From contig JBLDXI010000073.1 of assembly GCA_047495785.1 (NCBI GenBank), positions 124,001 through 188,000 on the forward strand: a stretch of DNA of 64,000 nucleotides, written 5' to 3'. Shown here one piece after another: positions 1 through 12,887 of this stretch (positions within the stretch are counted from its first letter, which is position 1; each line of letters starts with the position of its first letter). The stretch comes from Lepidodermella squamata (lineage: Eukaryota > Animalia > Gastrotricha). Both the position numbers and the translations under genes were made by a program. The notes beneath the pieces were generated by a model that saw nothing but the letters and a program-made list of their open reading frames with translations, did not search any database and was not told the DNA's origin.

Positions 1-3000
1 CGAACAAGCTCGGCTCATTCACGTACCTTGTTGACCTGTGGCTCCATCAGCGCCTGAATGGTTTCACAAAACAAGAGAAATCGTAACCAAGAGCCTGGAT
101 CCTAGCTTCAAAGCTCACCTGTCGCTCCAGTAGCGCCCTGCCCACCCAGTGGGCCTTCGGAACCTTGCACGCCTTGGGGACCTTGCGAACCAAGCGGACC
201 TTGCGGGCCTGGAAATCACGAATAAATTCATGCAAGCTTCAAACCTCAACTTCGAAGATCGCAACTGTACCTTGAGAACCTAGCGGGCCCTGATCTCCGG
301 TTGCACCAGTCACTCCCGTCGCACCTGCAGCGGGGCAAAACCGAAGTAGCTCAAAGTTTCGAACAAGCTCGGCTCATTCACGTACCTTGTTGACCTGTGG
401 CTCCATCAGCGCCTGAATGGTTTCACAAAACAAGAGAAATCGTAACCAAGAGCCTGGATCCTAGCTTCAAAGCTCACCTGTCGCTCCAGTAGCGCCCTGC
501 CCACCCAGTGGGCCTTCGGAACCTTGCACGCCTTGGGGACCTTGCGAACCAAGCGGACCTTGCGGGCCTGAAAATCACGAATAAATTCATGCAAGCTTCA
601 AACCTCAACTTCGAAGATCGCAACTGTACCTTGAGAACCTAGCGGGCCCTGATCTCCGGTTGCACCAGTCACTCCCGTCGCACCTGCAGCGGGGCAAAAC
701 CGAAGTAGCTCAAAGTTTCGAACAAGCTCGGCTCATTCACGTACCTTGTTGACCTGTGGCTCCATCAGCGCCTGAATGGTTTCACAAAACAAGAGAAATC
801 GTAACCAAGAGCCTGGATCCTAGCTTCAAAGCTCACCTGTCGCTCCAGTAGCGCCCTGCCCACCCAGTGGGCCTTCGGAACCTTGCACGCCTTGGGGACC
901 TTGCGAACCAAGCGGACCTTGCGGGCCTGAAAATCACGAATAAATTCATGCAAGCTTCAAACCTCAACTTCGAAGATCGCAACTGTACCTTGAGAACCTA
1001 GCGGGCCCTGATCTCCGGTTGCACCAGTCACTCCCGTCGCACCTGCAGCGGGGCAAAACCGAAGTAGCTCAAAGTTTCGAACAAGCTCGGCTCATTCACG
1101 TACCTTGTTGACCTGTGGCTCCATCAGCGCCTGAATGGTTTCACAAAACAAGAGAAATCGTAACCAAGAGCCTGGATCCTAGCTTCAAAGCTCACCTGTC
1201 GCTCCAGTAGCGCCCTGCCCACCCAGTGGGCCTTCGGAACCTTGCACGCCTTGGGGACCTTGCGAACCAAGCGGACCTTGCGGGCCTGAAAATCACGAAT
1301 AAATTCATGCAAGCTTCAAACCTCAACTTCGAAGATCGCAACTGTACCTTGAGAACCTAGCGGGCCCTGATCTCCGGTTGCACCAGTCACTCCCGTCGCA
1401 CCTGCAGCGGGGCAAAACCGAAGTAGCTCAAAGTTTCGAACAAGCTCGGCTCATTCACGTACCTTGTTGACCTGTGGCTCCATCAGCGCCTGAATGGTTT
1501 CACAAAACAAGAGAAATCGTAACCAAGAGCCTGGATCCTAGCTTCAAAGCTCACCTGTCGCTCCAGTAGCGCCCTGCCCACCCAGTGGGCCTTCGGAACC
1601 TTGCACGCCTTGGGGACCTTGCGAACCAAGCGGACCTTGCGGGCCTGAAAATCACGAATAAATTCATGCAAGCTTCAAACCTCAACTTCGAAGATCGCAA
1701 CTGTACCTTGAGAACCTAGCGGGCCCTGATCTCCGGTTGCACCAGTCACTCCCGTCGCACCTGCAGCGGGGCAAAACCGAAGTAGCTCAAAGTTTCGAAC
1801 AAGCTCGGCTCATTCACGTACCTTGTTGACCTGTGGCTCCATCAGCGCCTGAATGGTTTCACAAAACAAGAGAAATCGTAACCAAGAGCCTGGATCCTAG
1901 CTTCAAAGCTCACCTGTCGCTCCAGTAGCGCCCTGCCCACCCAGTGGGCCTTCGGAACCTTGCACGCCTTGGGGACCTTGCGAACCAAGCGGACCTTGCG
2001 GGCCTGAAAATCACGAATAAATTCATGCAAGCTTCAAACCTCAACTTCGAAGATCGCAACTGTACCTTGAGAACCTAGCGGGCCCTGATCTCCGGTTGCA
2101 CCAGTCACTCCCGTCGCACCTGCAGCGGGGCAAAACCGAAGTAGCTCAAAGTTTCGAACAAGCTCGGCTCATTCACGTACCTTGTTGACCTGTGGCTCCA
2201 TCAGCGCCTGAATGGTTTCACAAAACAAGAGAAATCGTAACCAAGAGCCTGGATCCTAGCTTCAAAGCTCACCTGTCGCTCCAGTAGCGCCCTGCCCACC
2301 CAGTGGGCCTTCGGAACCTTGCACGCCTTGGGGACCTTGCGAACCAAGCGGACCTTGCGGGCCTGAAAATCACGAATAAATTCATGCAAGCTTCAAACCT
2401 CAACTTCGAAGATCGCAACTGTACCTTGAGAACCTAGCGGGCCCTGATCTCCGGTTGCACCAGTCACTCCCGTCGCACCTGCAGCGGGGCAAAACCGAAG
2501 TAGCTCAAAGTTTCGAACAAGCTCGGCTCATTCACGTACCTTGTTGACCTGTGGCTCCATCAGCGCCTGAATGGTTTCACAAAACAAGAGAAATCGTAAC
2601 CAAGAGCCTGGATCCTAGCTTCAAAGCTCACCTGTCGCTCCAGTAGCGCCCTGCCCACCCAGTGGGCCTTCGGAACCTTGCACGCCTTGGGGACCTTGCG
2701 AACCAAGCGGACCTTGCGGGCCTGAAAATCACGAATAAATTCATGCAAGCTTCAAACCTCAACTTCGAAGATCGCAACTGTACCTTGAGAACCTAGCGGG
2801 CCCTGATCTCCGGTTGCACCAGTCACTCCCGTCGCACCTGCAGCGGGGCAAAACCGAAGTAGCTCAAAGTTTCGAACAAGCTCGGCTCATTCACGTACCT
2901 TGTTGACCTGTGGCTCCATCAGCGCCTGAATGGTTTCACAAAACAAGAGAAATCGTAACCAAGAGCCTGGATCCTAGCTTCAAAGCTCACCTGTCGCTCC

Positions 3001-3520
3001 AGTAGCGCCCTGCCCACCCAGTGGGCCTTCGGAACCTTGCACGCCTTGGGGACCTTGCGAACCAAGCGGACCTTGCGGGCCTGAAAATCACGAATAAATT
3101 CATGCAAGCTTCAAACCTCAACTTCGAAGATCGCAACTGTACCTTGAGAACCTAGCGGGCCCTGATCTCCGGTTGCACCAGTCACTCCCGTCGCACCTGC
3201 AGCGGGGCAAAACCGAAGTAGCTCAAAGTTTCGAACAAGCTCGGCTCATTCACGTACCTTGTTGACCTGTGGCTCCATCAGCGCCTGAATGGTTTCACAA
3301 AACAAGAGAAATCGTAACCAAGAGCCTGGATCCTAGCTTCAAAGCTCACCTGTCGCTCCAGTAGCGCCCTGCCCACCCAGTGGGCCTTCGGAACCTTGCA
3401 CGCCTTGGGGACCTTGCGAACCAAGCGGACCTTGCGGGCCTGAAAATCACGAATAAATTCATGCAAGCTTCAAACCTCAACTTCGAAGATCGCAACTGTA
3501 CCTTGAGAACCTAGCGGGCC
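1..3520 (-). repeat. Tandem array of about 9.8 near-identical 359-bp units, each 3 exons (90+27+54 bp) and 3 introns (65+61+62 bp)
   Basis: ORF track recurs every 359 bp. Example exons 478-567, 386-412 and 271-324 are bounded by GT/AG on the minus strand and encode [57 protein letters not shown]. Confidence 0.95.
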
Positions 3521-5269
3521 TTGAGGACCCTGCGCGCCTATCGGACCTTGCGATCCCGAAAATAAGGAAATTACATAATTTTTGATATTTTTTGTGATGC
3601 TCACCTTGAAGACCTGGCAATCCTTGCAACCCTTGACTGCCTTGAGTACCTGTAATGTTTTTAAGTGGAAATGCTAATGCTATCTACATAGTCATTTTCC
3701 AGTAATTTCACCAGTAGGTCCTTGGACCCCAACGTCGCCTGAAAATAAGCAAGCTATGAATCTTTTCAAATAGAAGTTCAAGTCATACCGTTAGCTCCCT
3801 TGTCACCAGTAGTGCCAGTTGCACCTTTTGAATTCAAGTCACTTTTGTATTTAATTCCTCGACAATCCGCTTACCATTCGAACCCTTATCACCTGCTGCC
3901 CCGGTTGGACCAGTTGGTCCCGTTTTTCCCAATGTTCCTGAACAATAAACAAAGTTTTTAAGATTCAACTGAATTGAACATTATCCCACCCTTTGCGCCT
4001 TGAGTTCCTGTTGTACCAGTTTGCCCTGTCGCGCCGGTCGGTCCAGTTGGCCCTAGCCTCCCTAGATGAATAACACGTTAATTATAGATTGAGGCATAGT
4101 TCATAGCCTTGCCTTGAGCTCCTTGAGGTCCTAAAAGACGAAATACGAACATGATCACAAACATTATTTTTCCAGAACCAGCAACTTACCATTCGCACCT
4201 GGAAAATTCAGAAATTAAACTCAGAGTTTGTGAGTCCTGAAAACACTCACCTTGAACTCCAGGTAGACCTTGTTCTCCAACAGGACCCGTGGGTCCTGTA
4301 GGTCCAAAAGATCCAATGGGTCCTGTTGGACCAGTTGGACCCGTAGGACCCGTCGGCCCGGTCGGTGCGCTAACTACGTCTCGCACTAAAATTCAGAACA
4401 ATTAAGAAACATATTGATGACGGAAATATTTGTATAAATATGCCTCATCACTAGGTAGTTTAAGGACCGAATAGATGGGGAAAAATTATCGAAAAAGCTA
4501 TTGCAAACACGCTTTGATTTATATTCCGAATTTTGAAATTTGGCAATAAAATAAATTCTTCCCATGGTAAATCCCATGAGCCGAGCGCGCGTGTTCTCGG
4601 TCGCAAGATCAAGTCCGAAGACCAGTGAGAAATAATTGTAAAAATAAAAAAATTACAAATGAAAATTTATGAATGAATAAATAATAAACGATTCATTAAT
4701 TCATTAATTAAAATCATAAAAAATAAAAAACTATAAATTAAAACAAATAAAAAAAAAAAATCTGTGAGTATTTTTTCGGCTATGAATTGATCAGGAACCT
4801 TTGCGATTTCGCAGATTTTTATCAAAAATTTTTGAAATTTGAAAGATTCGATTTTTTGAATTTTTTCTAAAATTCGAAATCTGAATCCGAAATTGCAAAG
4901 AGGATTGAGGAGGAATTATTGCTGAAAGTTCTATGTCCAAATGCATTTTTCCTAATAGAGAGAATTTTTAAGAAATAATTAATTCACAACTTTTGGATAA
5001 ATAATTTCCGCCCTAACCACGCACATTTTTTAGGAAATTGGTTTTGAATATGGGTAATTTAAGAACAAATTCTTTTAATATACGATAAATTGAAAAGCAT
5101 GAAAAATTGGTTCCAAAAAATTACAATGAATTTGCTACTGTTTGATGGTTGATTTTCGAAATTTTCCGAAATTTTCAGTAGGAAATAAAATCTGGCGATA
5201 GTGAAACTGACCAGACAGAAGAACCATGACTGAGAGCAAACCGGTCGACTGCAATCTTCCCCCAACCAT
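1..5269 (-). CDS. Collagen-like gene 1 (5' part; 3' end lies outside the window), secreted, Gly-X-Y cassette array
   Basis: ATG at 5269. Exon 5212-5269 encodes [19 protein letters not shown] (signal-like). Phase-1 exons 4251-4385, 4190-4198, 4113-4130, 3990-4061, 3875-3937, 3789-3824, 3712-3738, 3605-3649 and 3502-3555 are followed by repeating 90/27/54-bp exons. All join into continuous Gly-X-Y. Confidence 0.85.
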
Positions 5270-6981
5270 TGTTGTACACAACCAAAAATGGACCAGATAA
5301 AAAAAAACGCCGGTAACAAATAACCTAAAGAAGCCACGACAGAATAATCGCCTATCGATGAATCGAAATTTAAACTATAATCAAAGTGTTAAATTGAGAA
5401 TTATAAAACGAACAGTCTTATAAGATGAACCGGACCCACATCATTAGCTGGTACAAGTCCGTGCTGTTCACTGTACCATTCCATCATCTCGGCCTTAATT
5501 ATCGCGATCACGAGACTGAGCTAAAATAATCGAGAATTTTTTTTATAATTTTATGAACCAACAACTTAGAGAAGCCTCATTCTACATATAAGTATGTTTA
5601 TCAAATCAGAATTTAAATCTGTGAATTTTTTCAAAACCTCAAGGATTTTAGCTGAGCACTTCGCTCTATCATAGCAACGCTCGCAAAGGGGTAAATCTCG
5701 ATGGTCGGGGTATGCATGCTTAGCCTTTGACTAGAGTTGTTTTACAGTTTTGGATTCAACGCTTGAATTGCGCCAACCGAAATAAGCGGTTCGAAAAATT
5801 GACTTTCGTTGACAGTCGAATTGACATGACATGACCCACAAAAAGTGTTGTAATGATTTACATCTATCGATCAATTTTGTATTTCATTGAAAGAATGCCG
5901 CTCAGTGTAAAACGGCAAGAGAGGTTACAACGTCTGTCCAAGCGGGTCGACAATCGCAAGAATCTAGTCAACGCGTTTATGTTCGATGCTGCCCAGCAGA
6001 TGATTATGAGATTAGGCGAAGGCCTATTCAAATTACCAGTGTTTGACGGTTGGCGGGGAACTCCCTTTAGATGAGCGTTGATTAAAAAGATCGAATTCGG
6101 CTCCGTGACTTTGTCCAGCCTTATTAGGTTGAAGACAATTACTTCACCGTATGCATTGACAAACTAATGACGCAACTGAAGGCTTGTTACTAAGCTTCAC
6201 TCACTTTGGGACAATAACTTTAAGGCTCAAGAGCACGAAAAAATTACATCGAGGAACAACCTGCGACGTGCCTCAACGATGAGGAATGCTAAATGGCCCA
6301 TTTCTCATACTCCCAAGAAATTTGGAGGAATTTCAGAGTTTCGATGCCTGTTACTCGTATTAAGCCAATCTTTTGCAATGCAAACCGGACAGGGTTGGAT
6401 GCAATAGAATTGTTCCTACTTGACAGCAACTCCCCACGACCAATTTTTTCCCTAGACTCAGCGAATGTCTCTACTTCACTCCAGTAAGGCTAGGAAACCA
6501 TCGTAATAGTTTTGCGAATGTTAGGCCGTGTTCAGGAGATGCACCAAAAGATCAACAGGGGCAGTGACTTGTCAACCCGATGTAGGCAAGTGTTACAATC
6601 CGGTCGTTGAAGCTTCGAACGGGTATCGAGTGAGATTGTTTTCCTCGTCAACGACATTTTGATTCCAGTCAAGCGTGACTAGTTTTACAACCTTGCAGTG
6701 TCTTGTCGGGTCTCAGTCAAATTCTGCTACTGCTACGACTCCGTTCATCCAACTCTAGTCAGCTGCAAGCCTGATATTGAGGGTTGCGAACCTTCGAAGC
6801 CCATAAGTTAAAGAGACTGGATTTTAACTAGACTAAACCTTGCTTTTCAGCCTCGAGAATTCCGGAATTTCTCAAGCTCAGCAACATGCGCCAACTTCAA
6901 TGCGGTTCGGGATTTTTGATAATCGTCGTGAATTATGCAACCTATTTTAGGCTCCGTGGCATCAATGTTTCAATCCAAGGG

Positions 6982-7271
6982 CCAATGCCACCAAACAAGC
7001 CGATATGGACTTCTTAAAACCGGGGATAGCTGTTAAATTCTTGCCAAATGAATTTCCTAATATTCAAAGTTACCGTATTTCTCGAAAATATACACCAAGG
7101 CATATTTTTGACTGAACCAAACATTTTACGGGGTTGTTATCGGTGCGGTATATTTTCGAGAAATACGGTAACTTTGAATATTAGGAAATTCATTTGACAA
7201 GAATTTAAGAGCTATCCCCGGTTTTAAGAAGTCCATATCGGCTTGTTTGGTCTACAAAATGTGGCATTGGC
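6982..7271. mobile_element. Palindromic MITE-like / inverted-duplication element
   Basis: About 110-bp near-perfect inverted arms (6991-7103 vs 7148-7250). The core TACCGTATTTCTCGAAAATATA...TATATTTTCGAGAAATACGGTA (7071-7170) resembles Tc1/mariner-pogo MITE ends with TA flanks. Confidence 0.7.
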
Positions 7272-7667
7272 ACTTGAACACTTCCATTGAAAGAATAAGT
7301 CTTGGGGAGCCACGAGTTTTCGCAAGCAGGTAGGCGGGTTGATACAGGGGCGCCGGGGTATCGTCACAGCCCAGCTTCCAGATGCAAACAACAGAAAGCG
7401 TGAAAATTCCTCACTCCTCTTGGGAACCTTTTGATCTCTTTTCCTGGGCACTAACAGACACATCAGCTCCCAAATCCTATACGATCACAAAGTGGGACAG
7501 TGGGGAACTCTTCGCTCTCCGGTTCCGCAATTTATTTATTCTCACATAACATAACATTTTGCATCATTACCTACACGTTACAGTATCAACTCATCAGAGA
7601 TTTTCAGATCAAGAGAACCAGAAAACACTCAACCAGATATTAGCCACAGCTTGCCGCGAATCGTTCT

Positions 7668-10609
7668 TCATGGCAGATTCTCGCACAACGCGTTAGCGGA
7701 CGAATCGCACTTTTCATATTTTGTATTTTCCGTTGAATCCAACACAACGCCTGTGTGATATAAATTTAACAATAATGTCGCAGTAATTCCAAAAGAAAAT
7801 TGGCGACTTACAGTGACGTTGTTCGTAAAATGGACCATTACCCCAGACTAAATAAGTAGGCGGAGATGTGACAATGTCACCGTTTGACCACATAAACTCG
7901 GCCAAGTTGTTATTCTTCGAGGCGCCGACATACGCATACCGATTCAGTTCACCTTCGTAGTTGCGCAGGAGAGTCGCCGCTTCATCGAAAACAGCTCGTT
8001 CCCTTATGATAGGCAGCCGCATACCTTTCCCCGAGCAGAAAGCATCTTGCGCAGTGTAAATACCGTTATTTACGAACAGTGACAGAGCGCCCTAAAAACA
8101 AAAGGTCAACCTTTCGTGAAAACAGTTGAAATTTTACAGTGGTTGAGTCCTGGCATAGAGCAAAATTTTCTTCGTTACGACACGTTACAACCCGGAAGCC
8201 ATCCAGAGTGATTTCGATACCTATGATAGAAAACAAAAAGCGGTAAGAATCAAATCAAATCTGAGAATGTTCACATAGCCCTGCGCTGCCCGGTTCATCC
8301 GATTTCCATAGCGGCGATAGAAAGTCCACGATAACGCCGTCTGACCATCGGAAAGCAGCTGTCAGCCCAACGAAAGCCTTGGTTGTGACTTTCATGGCAG
8401 CGATTCTGTCTTCCTCGTTCAAGATTGAGGCAACGCGACTGCTGTTAGTTGTGCAGTTTGTCGCTGCATTTCGATATTGACTAACAACAGTGGATAGGTA
8501 GTACCGTTCTGTGGGAGAAATAAGAAGAATTGATTCCATTCTGTACAAAATGTTTAGAAAAAGGTCAATCTATTTTAGCTGGAAAACAAGGTCGAAAATC
8601 GCGGAAAACCTCAAAATTCCCATAAATCGGGGAAAATCAGAAAATGTTGCCTCAAAGCGCATTTTTTGACAAAAAACAAGAAACAAAAAAGTTATAAAAT
8701 TGAAAAGACAGACAAGCAAAAATTATTTCAGCCGCGATGAAATATTTCGAAAACATAATTTCAGAGCTCAGCTTGACAATTAGGTTCCGCTGTTAGCAAA
8801 TCCTTCAATCCCCTAGTTTGCCGAAGTTATTACGCTCTTCTCAGAAATTATTGTTCGTACCCATTGAGGAAGAAGCTTCTGAATTATGGTAGCTTTTAGC
8901 TCTTTTAAATTTAAAATTTTTGAAATTTTTGAAAAATTTCAATTTTAAATTCAATTTTAAATTTCAATTTTTTAATTCAATTTTCAATTCAATTTTTTAA
9001 TTCAATTTTCAATTCAATTTTTTAATTCAATTTTCAATTCAATTTTTCAATTTTTTTAAAATTTGGATTCTCAATTTTATTTCAGAGTGGTTATTTCAGA
9101 GTCAGGTAGTTAGTTGTGCAGGTCGTGTCGATATAGACTAAAAACAGTGAAGAGGTAGTACCGGCCTCTCAAAAGTCTCATTGCAGTATTGCAGTAAAAT
9201 AGTAGGAAGGTATCAGTTAGGGGAAAACTAGCCTTTCTCGCACAGCGTGCCAACGTGGGTAGCGGGACATTTGCACGTCCCTGCCGTTTTGTTGAACGTT
9301 CCTCCATTCAGACAAGGCGATTGTTCCTGTGAGAAAGAGAATAAGTCAGTTTATATTATAATATCGCAAAAAGGCAGGGAAAACGCTACCTTGTTCAGAT
9401 CGGCTTGACAATTGGCGTAGTTTTCAGAGAATTTCGTCGCATTGTTGAACAATTTGACCTGGACAAGTACCAACGGCAAATAATGTGTGTTTGTAAACGT
9501 TTAAGGAAACTACCAAATTTGACCCCGTGGGGCAATGGTTGAAACAAGTGATATTCCCTGAATTGCCACATTGAACAGCTTGCTGCGACGGAAAGAAAAC
9601 TCCATCAATAACAAAACGAATGAATGAAAACCCCTCACAAATGATTCGCAATTCTCCTTGAAGCGGTAACTGAGCAAAGAATAGGCGGCGGTTTCATTCG
9701 AGGCGCATTTGGTCGATTCAAGCCGACAAGCTACGAAATCACGCGTGTCCTTGTTGAAGCATCGAACTTGTGGCTTGAAATCATCCGGAACTTGCACTGA
9801 AAACAGTAATAAATAAGTACGGAATCTCTCCCCGCAAAGATAAAAAAGCTAACTCATCCCATTATAGATATGACTGATAGAGATGACTGTAAAAGTTAGC
9901 TAGAATCATGGAGAAATGATGGCGAGAATCTTACAGTATTTGTTGGGCAGGCGACTACTGAAGGTACGCAAGTGACGATTCCACTTCCAGCCGAGCATCG
10001 GGTGAATGGTTGATTCTGCAAGGAATTCAATTGCTTCAATTTGGCGACTTGGCGAAAAAAACTTACTGCAAACAAGTCAATAGCCTGTTGGCACAGAGCC
10101 AAATTCGGCCTCATGTAATATGAGGCATAGTTGAACCGTTTTATCTAGAGCAAATTTATGATGAGGTAGGAATATTTCCTTATTGTCCACTATCATACCT
10201 CGATTTCGTCAGCAGGAAGAGGGATGTTTCCTGGGCGGCAGATGGGAGTCAACGCCATGAACTTGTAAGCCAACCGGGCTGTCTGGAGCCAAAAATGTTG
10301 AAAGGCCAATCGAAAAATATCGAAAAGGTCATGAAATATTTACCCCTTGCAAGCACAATCGACTGGTGGTAAATTTAGAATTTCCAATCTATCAGAGATA
10401 GCAACGACTTTAGGGTATAGGAACAGCCGTGGAAAACTTACCCGGTGCTCCATGGTCTGACTACAACCGGCTGTTAGACTTCGGCAGTCTACGAAGCTGT
10501 TGTCGAACTGAGAGAAGCATCGGATGAAATCATCGCTGGCTTCAACTTCCGCCAAAAATACGGCGAGAAGAAATAAAAGAGATTCGACAGCAGCTTTGAA
10601 TGGCAGCAT
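7668..10609 (-). CDS. Secreted multi-exon protein: Cys-rich RCF modules + EGF + two C-type lectin domains
   Basis: Signal peptide MLPFKAAVESLLFLLAVFLAEVEA. Modules FIRCFSQFDNSFVDC and QVRCFNKDTRDFVAC. EGF exon CLNGGTFNKTAGTCKCPATHVGTLCE (about 9233-9325). CTL motifs AFVGLTAAFRWSDG and AYVGA..FMWSNG. Ends CDSSANALCENLP*. Confidence 0.75.
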
Positions 10610-11398
10610 CTTAACGATAAAATAAATGAAATTTGCGAATGAAACATTTCACACGTTAACGCGTTTCGTTGAAAATATAAACAGGCTCGTGCCTGAATGG
10701 CGCGTGTGAAAATATCTGTAAAAAAACAACTCTTGACTAGTAATCAATGCGGCTGCTTGGCGGATATTAAGCTGGGTCAACCAGGTCATCATGTCCTTTT
10801 TGAACCGAATATTAACGCCGCTAAAAGCCACCATACATAAAATGAACCGGATAATTCGCAATTATATCCATAACGATGAGCTTCGATTCTGCATTCTGGC
10901 TGAAAGACTCCCTCGGGTACAGGCTAAATAGAATCCGCTCGAAACTGCTGTTATCGGAAAAATCACAGATACATTAGATCGATATCTGGTCTAATCGCTC
11001 AAGTGTAACTCATCAAATCGCCTCAACCGGAAATTTTTATTGATGAATGTCTCAGCTAATAAGAGACCAAACAGCATTCTGGTCTCTTTGCATGCTTTGA
11101 TTTTGTTTCGAAACACCGTGAAATGTTGTGTTTTTCTGGTTTATTCTGGATATTTGCGCCTCGTTGTTGTTGCCACTTAGCAAGCACGTGCCCTCCGATT
11201 TTGTATTTTTCACACATTATAACAGGACGCATTGATCGTTTGTCAACAATGCGTTTTCCATGTTATTCTCGGCGATAACAATTTATTTATATCTAGCGAT
11301 TATTTTTAACTTCATCCTGAATCTTAGATTTATCTTCATATGTGAAAAACTATTTTTCGTTTCGATTTTCTCTATTTAGATTTAGGATTTATTAAATC

Positions 11399-11983
11399 AT
11401 GGAACCTTTGGATTTATCGGGGAAACCAAGAAGCAAGCCAACAATAATTTCGATCACAACACTCGCTCCATGGGCTCTTCATATATCAGACTCAGTTGCG
11501 CACGAAAACAGCAGATTTAATCCTCAGATTTTGAACAATTTTCCAGAGCTGAAATCGACAATGGAGCGAAGCAGCGGGTTACAATCAGTTAGCAGGACTA
11601 TTCAACGTTATTTCTTTTATCTTCAATTACTAATTAATTTTCAGGTTAAGCCCATCACCGGCAGTCTCAATCCTGAATTTCAGCGAATATCTACGAGGTT
11701 CAACTCTACGAGACGGCATAACTTGCGATTCGTGTGCCTGTACTGTCCGACGCCGCGATTCTATAGTTCTCGAAGCGGCCTGCGCCATCACGTGGCAACG
11801 CGCCACTTGGACAAATTCGCTGTTGAATGTCGCAATTGCGCGCAACGATTCGAAAACGAAGCCGAACTGATGAAGCATAATAACCGAAAGCGAAGCCAAT
11901 GCTCAATATCGACCAACAACTTTTACGAGTATGTGGCGAAATCTAGGGAAGATCAATTTTCTAACAGCCAAGCTTTGCCATAA
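11399..11983 (+). CDS. Small C2H2 zinc-finger protein with an N-terminal PLDLS (CtBP-binding) motif; probably contains short introns
   Basis: MEPLDLSGK; CLYC-x14-H-x4-H and CRNC..F..E.EL.KH fingers; intron-like stretch near 11580-11645 ending TTTTCAG. Confidence 0.65.
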   Translation: MEPLDLSGKPRSKPTIISITTLAPWALHISDSVAHENSRFNPQILNNFPELKSTMERSSGLQSVSRTIQRYFFYLQLLINFQVKPITGSLNPEFQRISTRFNSTRRHNLRFVCLYCPTPRFYSSRSGLRHHVATRHLDKFAVECRNCAQRFENEAELMKHNNRKRSQCSISTNNFYEYVAKSREDQFSNSQALP

Positions 11984-12887
11984 TCTGTGCTATCATCGGA
12001 TGAATTCATTGAGGTTGATTAGGAAACCTTAGTAGTTGAAAACCAGTGGATTCATAAATTATATGCTGCGAAGATACATTGCGATCAAATAAATGAGCAA
12101 TTTTCCGAGCTTTTCTACAAGTCAAAGTTCCAATTTAAATCGAATGAAATCGAAGGCAACACTTTGACAATCAAAGAATTGCCGTTCCTTCAAAACCTAA
12201 CTGCAACAAGATAACCCACTAAGTCTAAATTTGTCTCTGTTACCCCCTTTGCTGTTGAGATTACCAAGAGATGCAGACAAACCAAAAGACCTTTTAATGT
12301 TTCTAGGCTGAGTTGAACATGCTAAGTGCTAAGTAGCTGATGCATAGATCGAGCACAGTGGGGTCTTACTTCTTGAACTGAAAAAGGGACATAAGAATGA
12401 CCCAACAAAGTTTGACAGCTGCGACGACGCAAACTCAACAAATATTATCAGAGAGCTAGCATTTAGACTGTGAGAAAGGTCGGGGGAGCGTCATTCACTA
12501 CGGGGAAAATCTATAATATTAGAGTTTTTCAATTCATAATGAGATAACTGAAATAAAAATCAGAGGCTCACCAATATTGAAAATTCTCAAATTTTAAAAG
12601 CCATGAGAATTTTTCGAAGACAATTTACTAGAAACCATTGAGCGACAGCTGTCAGTCAGCTTAGGCCTCTTTAATCAATAGGATAAATTTATAATTTAGC
12701 CGTCCCAAGATTATATGTTATATTACAAGAAATATCTTTGAAAATACTTGTTTTTAAGCATACCAAAATATTTATTTGTGAAAATATATAGAGATGCATT
12801 TTTCCATTAATAAATAAATAAATAAATATATATATTTCAATTCATATATTTCACATTAGTTTTTGGTAGTTTTTGTAGCGATAAATG

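Noticed and set aside
5850-6900. Possible degenerate retroelement or gene
   Set aside because: Only short ORFs, with no motif I could identify with confidence.
8930-9060. AT-rich (ttcaattt)n low-complexity repeat
   Set aside because: Ordinary intronic low-complexity sequence, similar to other long introns in the window.
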